A stretch of DNA of 64,000 nucleotides from a virus (Duplodnaviria; Caudoviricetes), in the IMG/VR virus record IMGVR_UViG_3300025121_000014, positions 128,001 through 192,000 of that record, one strand, 5' to 3'. The position numbers were made by a program, and so were the translations under genes. Under the pieces are notes generated by a model, which saw only the letters and a program-made list of their open reading frames with translations, ran no database searches and had not been told where the DNA came from. Shown piece by piece: positions 36,760 to 46,300 of the stretch; positions within the stretch are counted from its first letter, which is position 1, and every line of letters begins with the position of its first letter.

Positions 36760-36865
36760 TTTTTTAATATTAATATATAATATATATTATACATTAAATT
36801 TAATAAAGTTTATTTTTAATGATTTTTAAATTTTTATATATAAAGAAAAAAAATAATTCACAAAA

Positions 36866-37924
36866 ATGAAAAAATTCTCTGAACTAAACAAAGAAAATAC
36901 TAAAGTAGAAGAATCTACAAATAAAGCAGATTTCATAAAAAATCTTATAAATGAAACATTAAGTATCGAAGAAGGAAAAATTAAAGGAATTGATATTTTA
37001 GCTAAAACATTAAATTCTATTATGGATTTAAATGAATCTAAAACAAAAGTTCAAGTTTTAGAAAATGTTAAAGCAATGTCTGCTCATTCATTTAATTTTT
37101 TAAAAATAAACGAAGCAATAGAATTAGAAAAAACTATAATTAAAAATTATGCTTTATTTATAAATGAAGATGGTTCAGAAGGTACAATTGCTGTAGCTAA
37201 TATAGAAGAAGTTGGTGCATTAGTTTCTGAATCAGTACATTCAAAATGTAAATGTGGTGATGATTGTAAATGTGATGACGAATGTGATTGTGAAAAAATA
37301 AATGAATCAGAAAAAACTATAATTAAAAATTATGTTTTATTTAAGTCAGATGATAAAAATGTTCAGGATGGTATAGCACTTGCATCTGTTGAAGATGTTG
37401 ACCAAGCTATTATTGATGGTTCAGTTGAAGAAACATTTAAAGAAATTAAAGAATCAGTTGAAGAAAGAAATGAAGTAATTAAAAAAAGAAATGAAGAAAT
37501 TAGAAAAAGAAATGAATTAAATCCTGATGAAGAACAAGAAGAATTAGAAGAATTAGAAAACGAAGATGAAGAAAAAGGAGAAGATGCAAAAGATATAGAA
37601 GAACAAGAAGTTTTTGAATCATTTGTAACAAAAGTTCAATTTCTACAAGATCCTAGTAAATTAGAAATTGACGAATTATATAAATTAATGGAAAATATTA
37701 ATACCGAAGAAGTATTGAATGAAGATCATTTAACTTCAAAAGATGATAGAATTAAATATATTCTAGATTGTGTTGATAAAAAAGAATGTAAAAAAACAAT
37801 TATAGATTTTATTAGCAAATTACCAAGTTATGTAAAAGATGGTAGTATTAATAAAACAGTTAAACAACTTTCTGATAAAGAAGTTGAGAAATTGTACAAA
37901 AAATGTGAAGAATGTTGTAAGTAG
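36866..37924 (+). CDS. Putative prohead core/internal head protein
   Basis: Very Glu-rich; many (I/L/V)xE sites (LINE, LNES, INEA, INED, VSES, INES, IKES, LNED); TATATA motif upstream. Confidence 0.55.
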   Translation: MKKFSELNKENTKVEESTNKADFIKNLINETLSIEEGKIKGIDILAKTLNSIMDLNESKTKVQVLENVKAMSAHSFNFLKINEAIELEKTIIKNYALFINEDGSEGTIAVANIEEVGALVSESVHSKCKCGDDCKCDDECDCEKINESEKTIIKNYVLFKSDDKNVQDGIALASVEDVDQAIIDGSVEETFKEIKESVEERNEVIKKRNEEIRKRNELNPDEEQEELEELENEDEEKGEDAKDIEEQEVFESFVTKVQFLQDPSKLEIDELYKLMENINTEEVLNEDHLTSKDDRIKYILDCVDKKECKKTIIDFISKLPSYVKDGSINKTVKQLSDKEVEKLYKKCEECCK

Positions 37925-37945
37925 GATAATTTAGTGGATTAAGGG

Positions 37946-37976
37946 AAGGGTTAATAGAAAATATTAACCCTTTTTT
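37946..37976 (+). terminator. Intrinsic terminator
   Basis: aagggttaata-gaaaa-tattaaccctt followed by T-run, between convergent genes. Confidence 0.8.
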
Positions 37977-37985
37977 GTTTTTTAA

Positions 37986-38183
37986 TTAATTTTGTATGAA
38001 TAAGTATTGTTTCCATTTTTGAAAGACTCCACTATTTTCAATTAACTCTATTTCGTCTTTAGCATCATAATCTAATCCCCAACCACTATCCAACATAATA
38101 GGTGCATCTTCATCAAAATTATCTTGTAGATATTTAATCAAATGTTTAACTGTTGGTTCTAATTCTTTTTTCGTGTTTGCCAT
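37986..38183 (-). CDS. Hypothetical protein
   Basis: ORF track. Confidence 0.6.
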   Translation of the reverse strand: MANTKKELEPTVKHLIKYLQDNFDEDAPIMLDSGWGLDYDAKDEIELIENSGVFQKWKQYLFIQN

Positions 38184-38186
38184 AAT

Positions 38187-38738
38187 TTATTTATTAAATT
38201 TATTTTGTAATTTTGTTTCTGTTTCTAAACTTTTCCCTTTAATTTCTTCAACTATTTCAGGTGTAAGTTTATTTTTTATAAGAAAATCATTTACTGTTTC
38301 GTCTGATAATGAATCAGATAATGAATGTAAAACTATCGATTTATTTTCATTTGCTAAAATATGTAATTTACCTTCAACTTTGTGCCAATCAAGAACTCTA
38401 TGCCAACCTTTTATTGGTTTTAAAAATATATCATTTTCTGCTATTTTTTTAATCTTATTTTTAATTTTATTTCCTTTATAAAATTCAATTGTTGGCCAAC
38501 CTACATTACCACTAATAGAAGCAATTAACTTATCATCGTTATAAACTTCTGAATATATGGTATATTTACTACGTGCAAAAGTTTTTCTTTCTGTTCTATA
38601 TCCAGCATCTTCACAAATTTTTTCTAATTTAGATATATTTATAACATCAATAATTAAAAAATATAGAAATGCACCAAGCCTATCACAAACCCTTGTTGAT
38701 ATTTCATCATGTCTTGTTTTTAATTCTTCTATTGTCAT
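38187..38738 (-). CDS. Hypothetical protein
   Basis: ORF track. Confidence 0.65.
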   Translation of the reverse strand: MTIEELKTRHDEISTRVCDRLGAFLYFLIIDVINISKLEKICEDAGYRTERKTFARSKYTIYSEVYNDDKLIASISGNVGWPTIEFYKGNKIKNKIKKIAENDIFLKPIKGWHRVLDWHKVEGKLHILANENKSIVLHSLSDSLSDETVNDFLIKNKLTPEIVEEIKGKSLETETKLQNKFNK

Positions 38739-38752
38739 AATTTATTTATTAA

Positions 38753-39004
38753 TTATTTATAATGTATCGGGTTTTTACAATTTCCTTTATGTGTTAAATA
38801 ATCTTCTCTGTATCCAGTTATATTTCCTATATATTCACAAGAATCTATAATATAAACAGGCAATTTCATCATATAATCATCGGTGTTAAGAACTTCTATA
38901 TAATATGCTACTTTAGCATTATCATTTGTTTTTTTCCCATCTTCAATTATTTTTTCACAGGAACTAAATAATGCTATAATCAATATCAATAATAATTTTT
39001 GCAT
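38753..39004 (-). CDS. Putative lipoprotein
   Basis: MQKLLLILIIALFSSC-EKIIEDGKK lipobox and charged downstream residues. Confidence 0.7.
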   Translation of the reverse strand: MQKLLLILIIALFSSCEKIIEDGKKTNDNAKVAYYIEVLNTDDYMMKLPVYIIDSCEYIGNITGYREDYLTHKGNCKNPIHYK

Positions 39005-39114
39005 AATTTTAATTTTTAAGATTGGTAAGTTGCTAATTCAATTCTTTTTTGTCTAATTTGTTTCTTTTTAAAAGGGATTCTTCGTATTAGAAAATCAGAT
39101 AATTCCATAGCCTT

Positions 39115-39627
39115 TTATTTATTTGTTTGGTAAATTCTTTGATGATTGTAAATTATAACAGGGTTAGTATCACTATTATAAGCTTCCTTAACTAATGTTG
39201 CAATATCTTCACTATCAATAACATCTTTAACAATTCTAGGAAGTAATTCATTTGAGTATAACAAATCTTCATCTGATATTTCAATATTTTCCATCCAAGC
39301 TTCCCCCTGTTCTGAAATAATCATTCCTGTATAAAATCCTTTTAATCCGTATTTTTCAACAAATTGATCAGAATTACACCATATACAAAAACAAACTTTA
39401 TCACGTAATAAATATACGTGTTCAGAATTAATGACAAATCTACCGTATCCAATAAGACCTGAAGGTGTGCCGTGACCTAACATAACAATTCGATCATGTG
39501 CTTTTATTTGTTCTTTTAATTCTTTATTAGATGGATTATGGTTAATTACAGTCCAATCCCTACCAACATAAATTTCTGTTAAAAAACGAGTTGAATAATC
39601 AGTTGGATGTATTACTAATGTTTTCAT
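39115..39627 (-). CDS. Hypothetical protein, possible caspase/gingipain-fold His-Cys hydrolase
   Basis: IVMLGHG and FCIWCN motifs; start set at ATG 39627 (MKTLVIHP) because the track's TTG start lies inside the promoter. Confidence 0.5.
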   Translation of the reverse strand: MKTLVIHPTDYSTRFLTEIYVGRDWTVINHNPSNKELKEQIKAHDRIVMLGHGTPSGLIGYGRFVINSEHVYLLRDKVCFCIWCNSDQFVEKYGLKGFYTGMIISEQGEAWMENIEISDEDLLYSNELLPRIVKDVIDSEDIATLVKEAYNSDTNPVIIYNHQRIYQTNK

Positions 39628-39648
39628 AAACTGAGTTTTAATTAACCA

Positions 39649-39680
39649 CAAAGGTAAACATAATTTCTTAAACTACCAAA
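39649..39680 (-). promoter_or_regulatory. Bacteroidota-type promoter
   Basis: Minus strand TTTG (39680-39677) - 20 nt - TACCTTTG (39656-39649). Confidence 0.7.
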
Positions 39681-39909
39681 TATAAGGATCGTGGAGATAT
39701 GCATTTGGAAATTCTTTAATAAAGATTTTTCTTAATTTAATATAAGAAAACTTAACCAATTTATTTTTATTATATTTTTCCAATTGTTCTAATTGTTGAA
39801 TATGATGCATCCTAATCAACATCTTATGAAAAGATATTTCTCTATTCTTAACTAAGTACCTTAATATTTTCCACTTGCATTTAATTAGTATTTTTTTAAT
39901 TAAAAACAT
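39673..39909 (-). CDS. Hypothetical basic protein
   Basis: ORF track. Confidence 0.55.
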   Translation of the reverse strand: MFLIKKILIKCKWKILRYLVKNREISFHKMLIRMHHIQQLEQLEKYNKNKLVKFSYIKLRKIFIKEFPNAYLHDPYIW

Positions 39910-39923
39910 ATAATTTATTTTTG

Positions 39924-40937
39924 TTATTTTATAATATATTTTTTAGATAGTTCTATATCAAATTTTGCTAAATTTCTAATTGCAGATGAACTAATATGTT
40001 CAAATTGTTTGTCACAAGTAAAATAAACTATTTGTGTATTCGGTCTTAAATCTTGTATAAATTGTGATTGGACTAATTCATAATTTAAATCATTCCCATT
40101 TCTTAATCCTCTAATTAAACTAACATCAGCACCATAATTTTTTATTTTATCTAAATATGTGGTAATCAACACATTGTAAGTATCAGTTTCTCTAAATCTT
40201 AAACCTTCAATTGATTCTACTTTTCTTTCTAATTTATCAGGATTATTTCCATATGCAATAATTACTTTATCAAATAACTTTTCAGCCTGTTGCAAAATAT
40301 TCATATGTCCTATATGGAAAGGGTTAAAACTACCTGCATATACACCAATTTTTGGTTTAAAATTTTCAACATAGTTTATTAAAAATTCTATTCTTTCTTT
40401 AGGAAATACATCGATATTTAATCTTGTTTTTAAAAATTCAATTCTTCCACTTTTATATAATTCATAACTAGCATATTGATATTCTTTAAAGATTGCTTTT
40501 TCATAATTTATTAAATCAATATAACTTCCTTTAAAAAATATATTATTATCTAATGTCCAAAATAATTCAGATAATTTATCTCGTGGATGGACATTAAGTT
40601 TTGTTCCTTTAATTATTTCAATAATTGTTTTTATAAGTGTTCCAGGTAATGTATTAGGTTGTTTTAAAAGAAAATAAACAGATTCTTCTTCATTATCATT
40701 TTTATCTGGAAAATAAATTACATCGTGAAAATAAGCAGCAATTAAAAGTGCTTCATATCGATCATTAGTTAAATAATATTGATGTTCTTCTATATTTTTA
40801 AGTAAAAAATTTAAATGTGATATACTATGCCAGTATCTATGTGATTCTGTCCACATATTATATAAAACATCACTTAAATCAGGATTTTTAAAATATTTTT
40901 CAATAATATCTAAATGTTTAAAGAAATATTTTGCCAT
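39924..40937 (-). CDS. coaD: HD-domain / phosphopantetheine adenylyltransferase fusion
   Basis: N-terminal HRYWH...AAYFHDVIY; C-terminal YAGSFNPFHIGH, LIRGLR, ISSSAIR. Confidence 0.85.
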   Translation of the reverse strand: MAKYFFKHLDIIEKYFKNPDLSDVLYNMWTESHRYWHSISHLNFLLKNIEEHQYYLTNDRYEALLIAAYFHDVIYFPDKNDNEEESVYFLLKQPNTLPGTLIKTIIEIIKGTKLNVHPRDKLSELFWTLDNNIFFKGSYIDLINYEKAIFKEYQYASYELYKSGRIEFLKTRLNIDVFPKERIEFLINYVENFKPKIGVYAGSFNPFHIGHMNILQQAEKLFDKVIIAYGNNPDKLERKVESIEGLRFRETDTYNVLITTYLDKIKNYGADVSLIRGLRNGNDLNYELVQSQFIQDLRPNTQIVYFTCDKQFEHISSSAIRNLAKFDIELSKKYIIK

Positions 40938-40941
40938 TTAA

Positions 40942-41424
40942 TTAAATTTTAAAAGTTTTATTAATTGCTATAAATGTATTTTTATATTCTTTTTTATTTG
41001 TAATTTCTTCAGTAAACCATTTTTCTATTGGTAGCGTATCAATTAATACTTCTGTTTCTGCTTCATATTCACAAACAATTAATTCAGTATCGTAATAAAC
41101 AATAACATTCATAATTCGTTCAGGATCAATAGAATTAGGTACAGTATATATTTTTCTATTTAATACTTTTCTACCTGCCAATACTATTGATAAATTAAAT
41201 TCATCTTCTGATATTTTATAAATAACTTCTTTTTTAAATTTACTATTTTCGTCTACTAATATTAGTTGAAAATCCATATCATTAGTAGATTTAACTAAAA
41301 CAGATAAACTATCGTGCAATTGACTAAGATAACCTATTGTAGTTTCTACAAAATTGTAATTTTGTAAATCAGGTAATTTTGATTTATCAACTAAATATTT
41401 TTTATTTATTGATTTTTTAAACAT
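40942..41424 (-). CDS. Hypothetical protein
   Basis: ORF track. Confidence 0.7.
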   Translation of the reverse strand: MFKKSINKKYLVDKSKLPDLQNYNFVETTIGYLSQLHDSLSVLVKSTNDMDFQLILVDENSKFKKEVIYKISEDEFNLSIVLAGRKVLNRKIYTVPNSIDPERIMNVIVYYDTELIVCEYEAETEVLIDTLPIEKWFTEEITNKKEYKNTFIAINKTFKI

Positions 41425-41433
41425 TGGTTTAAA

Positions 41434-41613
41434 TTATTTTTTTTCTAATATTATCCACAATATGACATATATAAAAAATATTGGAAATATAATAGTGTTG
41501 ATAACACCAAAAAGTATTCTCCATATAATAGGATCTATATCTGTATATTCACCTATACCTTCACATACACCACCTATCCAACTATTTTTTTCTATTCTAT
41601 ATAATTTTTTCAT
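41434..41613 (-). CDS. pspC: PspC-domain membrane protein (59 aa; not in ORF track)
   Basis: Hand translation MKKLYRIEKNSWIGGVCEGIGEYTDIDPIIWRILF...YVILWIILEKK. Confidence 0.85.
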   Translation of the reverse strand: MKKLYRIEKNSWIGGVCEGIGEYTDIDPIIWRILFGVINTIIFPIFFIYVILWIILEKK

Positions 41614-41617
41614 TTTA

Positions 41618-41648
41618 CAAATATAATAAAAAATAGTAATATAACAAA
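41618..41648 (-). promoter_or_regulatory. Bacteroidota-type promoter
   Basis: Minus strand TTTG (41648-41645) - 19 nt - TATATTTG (41625-41618). Confidence 0.65.
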
Positions 41649-41649
41649 A

Positions 41650-41862
41650 TTATTTAGTAGGTAAAATAGCCCAAAGAATTATATAAGTTAATGCAAAAGG
41701 AATCCAAGTAAATATAGTTCCTAATATGAATATCAATCTCCACATCATAGGATCTGTATTTGTATATTCACCTATACCTTCACACACACCACCTAATATT
41801 CCTGGGGTTATTCTTCTTAATTTTCTTATCATTTTAAAATAATTATTTTTTAAATTTATCAT
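41650..41862 (-). CDS. pspC: PspC-domain membrane protein
   Basis: LGGVCEGIGEYTNTDPMMWRLIF...YIILWAILP. Confidence 0.85.
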   Translation of the reverse strand: MINLKNNYFKMIRKLRRITPGILGGVCEGIGEYTNTDPMMWRLIFILGTIFTWIPFALTYIILWAILPTK

Positions 41863-41878
41863 AATTTTTCATATCAAA

Positions 41879-42742
41879 TTAGTTAGAAAGCTTATCATAG
41901 AAATCTTTCATCTCTTGAATTTGAATACTTAATTCTGGAATAGTTAAATCTATATCAGTTTCATTAAGAGTACTTAATGTTCTATTACACATAGATGACG
42001 CTTCTTTAGGTTCTACTTCTATGTTTAGTTCATAAATATTCGATATCATATTAACTAATTCTTCTTTTGTTACACTATTAGGTGAATATACGTGTTTAAC
42101 ACCTTCCCAATATAAATCATTTTTGATAATATATTCACATACTTTTGCAAATTGTAGACAAGTAATACCATTCCATGAATGATTAGTATAACCAAATACT
42201 TTTTTATCTTTATTCGATTTTATCCATTCAACTAATGATCTAGCTTGATTAACTTCTTCACCTATAATAGAAGTTCTAACAACAGTCGTATTTGCTGGTT
42301 CTCCTAATGATTTAGTTCTACCATAAATATCTGTTACATCATGTTCAGCATCTTCTTTATAATTACCGTTATTACCACTATATACACAATCCGTAGTTAT
42401 ATGAATTAATTTATAACCTAAAAAATCACAAGCATCTTTTAAATCGTATGGGAATAATGAATTGATTTTAATTGCATTTTTCACACCTAATTTATCTACT
42501 TGTGGTTTTATAGTACCTATACAATTTATAACAATAACTTCATCTGTGTTTATTAATTTCATATTATCTAATTTTATCTTTAAGTCGTTTAGAGCGTCTT
42601 TTGATGCATCTAATATTGTTCTATCTGTTCCAATAACATCTATACCTTTATTTAAAAAATATTTATAAACATATCTTCCTAACATTCCATTCTTACCTAA
42701 TACTATAATTCTTTTTTTCATTTTATTTGTTTTATTTTTCAT
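41879..42742 (-). CDS. rmlD: dTDP-4-dehydrorhamnose reductase-like SDR
   Basis: GKNGMLG, IHITTDCVY, YGRTK, RTSIIG. Confidence 0.85.
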   Translation of the reverse strand: MKNKTNKMKKRIIVLGKNGMLGRYVYKYFLNKGIDVIGTDRTILDASKDALNDLKIKLDNMKLINTDEVIVINCIGTIKPQVDKLGVKNAIKINSLFPYDLKDACDFLGYKLIHITTDCVYSGNNGNYKEDAEHDVTDIYGRTKSLGEPANTTVVRTSIIGEEVNQARSLVEWIKSNKDKKVFGYTNHSWNGITCLQFAKVCEYIIKNDLYWEGVKHVYSPNSVTKEELVNMISNIYELNIEVEPKEASSMCNRTLSTLNETDIDLTIPELSIQIQEMKDFYDKLSN

Positions 42743-43149
42743 CTATATTCAATATCCCATATATCCCATTTATTATATGATTCTCTAAAATCATCGCCTT
42801 TACCTTCTTCCATAGTAACAGTTGAAAAGAATATTACAATTGTATCTTCTTCTAATGTTTTAAATCCGTTATAATTTCCAGGTGGAATCCATAATATTTT
42901 AGGTGATGTATCACTTAAAACGAATTTATTAATTTCTTCTGTTTCCATATTAACTATACCTAATGATATAGAACCTTTTGGAACATAAACATATTTTCCT
43001 TCTTTTTTATGACCGTGCCAAGCTCTTATAAATCCTTTTTCATGATTTTCTACTTGATAAAATCTTTTAACTCCTTCGAAGTTAAAATCATTTACAAATC
43101 TTAATGTTCCTCTATCATCCGTAAATAATGCGCCTTTTATTTCTTTCAT
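42739..43149 (-). CDS. RmlC/WxcM-like cupin (sugar epimerase/isomerase)
   Basis: FTDDRG, IRAWHGH, LWIPPGNYNGFKTL. Confidence 0.8.
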   Translation of the reverse strand: MKEIKGALFTDDRGTLRFVNDFNFEGVKRFYQVENHEKGFIRAWHGHKKEGKYVYVPKGSISLGIVNMETEEINKFVLSDTSPKILWIPPGNYNGFKTLEEDTIVIFFSTVTMEEGKGDDFRESYNKWDIWDIEYR

Positions 43150-44114
43150 ATTTTCTTTAAATTGTTTTTATATTTTAGTTTATTTTTAATAAATTGTCCA
43201 TTATAATATGTATTTTCTTTTACATCACTTATTCTTTTTTCTTTAAAAATTTTAATCATATTTTTTACTTCTGATTCAATAGTATATAATGGTCGATATT
43301 CAAAATTATCCAATAATTTTTTATTACTAACTTTATAATTTCTTGCATCTTCAAAAGATATTTCAGTATAATTTATTTTAGTTTCAGGAATTACTTTAAC
43401 TACTCTTTCACCTAATGATTTCATAGTTGTATTTTCTTGAGATAATATAAATGTTCCTCTAATATCTTTTCTTACTGCTTCTTCTATATATCCAGCTATA
43501 TCTTTTATACAAATTAATGGTCTCCATTGTTCTCCACCAAATATATTTATTTCACCATCAAATATAGATTTCATAGTAATCACATTAACTACCAAATCTA
43601 ATCTAATTCTAGAATAAGTATCTCCAATTCCATAAACAGTTCCTAATCTAAATATTGTTCCATTTTTATCGGTAATATATTGTTCAGCTTTTAATTTAGT
43701 TGAAGCATAAGCTGATAATGGATTTGTAGGACTATTTTCATCTAACATATTATTTTGAGCACCATAAACAGAACAAGTACTCAAAAATATTAAATGTTTA
43801 TCATCAGATATATTATCACATATATTTCTGACAGCTTCATGGTTTATTTCATTTGTCAGTTCTAAATCAATAGAACAAGCTGGATCACCAACTAATGCGG
43901 CCATTATTATTATTACTTCAAAATTTTCTGATAATTCTACTATTTTGTTAGTATCTCTAATATCACCATATATAAAATTTACATTTTTTAAATATCTAGT
44001 TTCATAGACTAATTTATCAAAAATTGTAACATCATAATCTTTATCTGTTAGGTAATCGGTAGTATATCCTCCAATATAACCTGCCCCACCTAAAATTAGT
44101 ATTTTTTTATTCAT
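43146..44114 (-). CDS. NAD-dependent epimerase/dehydratase
   Basis: GGAGYIG, STCSVYG, YASTK, RLGTVYG. Confidence 0.9.
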   Translation of the reverse strand: MNKKILILGGAGYIGGYTTDYLTDKDYDVTIFDKLVYETRYLKNVNFIYGDIRDTNKIVELSENFEVIIIMAALVGDPACSIDLELTNEINHEAVRNICDNISDDKHLIFLSTCSVYGAQNNMLDENSPTNPLSAYASTKLKAEQYITDKNGTIFRLGTVYGIGDTYSRIRLDLVVNVITMKSIFDGEINIFGGEQWRPLICIKDIAGYIEEAVRKDIRGTFILSQENTTMKSLGERVVKVIPETKINYTEISFEDARNYKVSNKKLLDNFEYRPLYTIESEVKNMIKIFKEKRISDVKENTYYNGQFIKNKLKYKNNLKKI

Positions 44115-45205
44115 TATAAAAGTTGATTTAATTTTTCTATAATTAAGTCTGATGTATTACCATTACCTAACCAATCAGAATTAATTTTTATTTTACCATT
44201 TAGTATATCAATTATATACATTGTAGCTTGTGGCCAACTATCATCATATTTATTAACATTTAACATTACTGAACAATTATTTTCAACTGATTCTGGTCTT
44301 TCAGTAAAATCCCTTGGTACGATAACAGGGGTGTTAAATAACGAAGGTTCTTCTTGTGCAGTTCCACTATCGGATATAATGAATAAACTATGGTAAACAG
44401 CTTCTAAATAGGTTTTAAAAGACATTAAAGGAACAAGTTCTATATTTTTTTTATCTAAATCGATATTAAATTTTTTTAGCATTTGTTCAGTTCTACCAAA
44501 ATTTAACATTTTAATAGGTAAATTAAAAAATGTTTTTGACATATCATTAGCATAATTAATAATATTAATTAATCTATGTGGATATTTGAAATTTTCTGGC
44601 CTATGAATATCTAATATAATTTGATTATTGCGTTTAGGTGTTTTAAATATTTCTTCTTGATATTGTTTTGCTACTTCCACAATTGTATTACCGACAACGA
44701 ATATTTGTTCTTCTTTTATATTTTCTTGTAATGCTTTCTGTTTGTAATTTTCGTGATATACAAATAAATAATCTGAACAATGATCACAAACAACTCTATT
44801 TATTTCTTCTAACATTCTTTTATCATAACTTCTCATACCAGCTTCAATATGACCGATAGTATATCCTTCTTTTTTCAAAGATACAGCACAAGCTGCCGAA
44901 TTAGAATCACCTAAAAATAATATCATATCAGGTTTTAAATTTTCATTTCTAATTAATTCTATTATTTTAATTGATAAATCACCTAATTGATGGAAATGTT
45001 CTTTTCCTTTACCACCTATTTCTAAATTATAATCAGGTTTTCTAATTTTTAGTTCATCAAAGAATACATCAGATAATAATTTATCATAATGCTGTCCACT
45101 ATGAATTAAAATATGATTAAAATTATCATCTAATTTTTTAAAGATTGTAGACATTCTAATAAAGTCTGGTCTTATTCCTGTTATTGTTATTATAGTTTTT
45201 TTCAT
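44114..45205 (-). CDS. wecB: UDP-N-acetylglucosamine 2-epimerase (non-hydrolysing)
   Basis: GIRPDFIR, HSGQHYD, GDSNS, HIEAGMRS, ISDSGTAQEE, ERPE. Confidence 0.9.
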   Translation of the reverse strand: MKKTIITITGIRPDFIRMSTIFKKLDDNFNHILIHSGQHYDKLLSDVFFDELKIRKPDYNLEIGGKGKEHFHQLGDLSIKIIELIRNENLKPDMILFLGDSNSAACAVSLKKEGYTIGHIEAGMRSYDKRMLEEINRVVCDHCSDYLFVYHENYKQKALQENIKEEQIFVVGNTIVEVAKQYQEEIFKTPKRNNQIILDIHRPENFKYPHRLINIINYANDMSKTFFNLPIKMLNFGRTEQMLKKFNIDLDKKNIELVPLMSFKTYLEAVYHSLFIISDSGTAQEEPSLFNTPVIVPRDFTERPESVENNCSVMLNVNKYDDSWPQATMYIIDILNGKIKINSDWLGNGNTSDLIIEKLNQLL

Positions 45206-45227
45206 ATTGTTTATATATGAAAAATCA

Positions 45228-46271
45228 TTAAAAGTTATTTTTTAAATCAAATTTCATTATAATTTCAACTAATTCTTTAAATTTAACTTTTGGTTCCCAT
45301 CCTAATATATTTTTAGCTTTTGAATAATCACCGATTAAAATATCTACTTCTGCTGGTCTAAAATATTTAGGGTCAATTTCTATAATAATTTTACCTGTTT
45401 TTTTATCTATTCCTTTTTCATCTAATCCTTCCCCGAACCATTCAATATTAAACATTGTATATTTATCTGTTTCTTTTATAAATTCTCTTATAGAATGTGT
45501 TTCGTTAGTTGCTAAAATAAAATCGTCAGGTTTATCTTGTTGTAACATTAGCCACATACCTTCTACATAATCCGGTGCATAACCCCAATCTCTTTTTGAA
45601 TCCAAATTACCTAATTTTAATGTATTATATTCTTCATTATTTTGAATAGATTTTTGTATATTTGATAATGTAGTAGTAATTTTTCTAGTTACAAATGTTT
45701 CACCTCTACGTTTTGATTCGTGGTTGAATAATATTCCATTAGATATAAATAAATTATAACTTTCTTTATAGTTTTTACAAATCCAATATGAATATAATTT
45801 AGCTACACCGTAAGGACTTCTTGGATAAAACGGAGTAGTTTCTTTTTGTGGAATTTCTTGTACTAAACCAAATAATTCTGAAGTCGTAGCATTATAAAAT
45901 TTACAATTAGGTGTGTGTTTTTTCATTGCTTCTAATAATTTCAATGTTCCTAAAGCATCTACTTGACCAGTGTATTCAGGTATTGAAAAAGATACATGAA
46001 CGTGTGATTGTGCTGCAAGATTATAAATTTCATCTGGTTTAGTTTTAAATATAATATTATCTAATGATAACGAATCGCTCATATCACCGTAATGTAATTT
46101 TAAATTTGGATTATTGTAAATATGATTTATCCTACCTGTATTAAATGAACTAGAACGTCTTATTATACCGTGTACTTCATATCCTTTATTAAGAAGTAAT
46201 TCTGCTAAATAACTTCCATCTTGACCTGTCACACCCGTAATCAACGCTATTTTTTTTCTTTTATTTTTCAT
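45228..46271 (-). CDS. gmd: GDP-mannose 4,6-dehydratase
   Basis: [43 protein letters not shown]. Confidence 0.97.
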   Translation of the reverse strand: MKNKRKKIALITGVTGQDGSYLAELLLNKGYEVHGIIRRSSSFNTGRINHIYNNPNLKLHYGDMSDSLSLDNIIFKTKPDEIYNLAAQSHVHVSFSIPEYTGQVDALGTLKLLEAMKKHTPNCKFYNATTSELFGLVQEIPQKETTPFYPRSPYGVAKLYSYWICKNYKESYNLFISNGILFNHESKRRGETFVTRKITTTLSNIQKSIQNNEEYNTLKLGNLDSKRDWGYAPDYVEGMWLMLQQDKPDDFILATNETHSIREFIKETDKYTMFNIEWFGEGLDEKGIDKKTGKIIIEIDPKYFRPAEVDILIGDYSKAKNILGWEPKVKFKELVEIIMKFDLKNNF

Positions 46272-46300
46272 TTATATATTTTATTTTTTTGATATATAGT

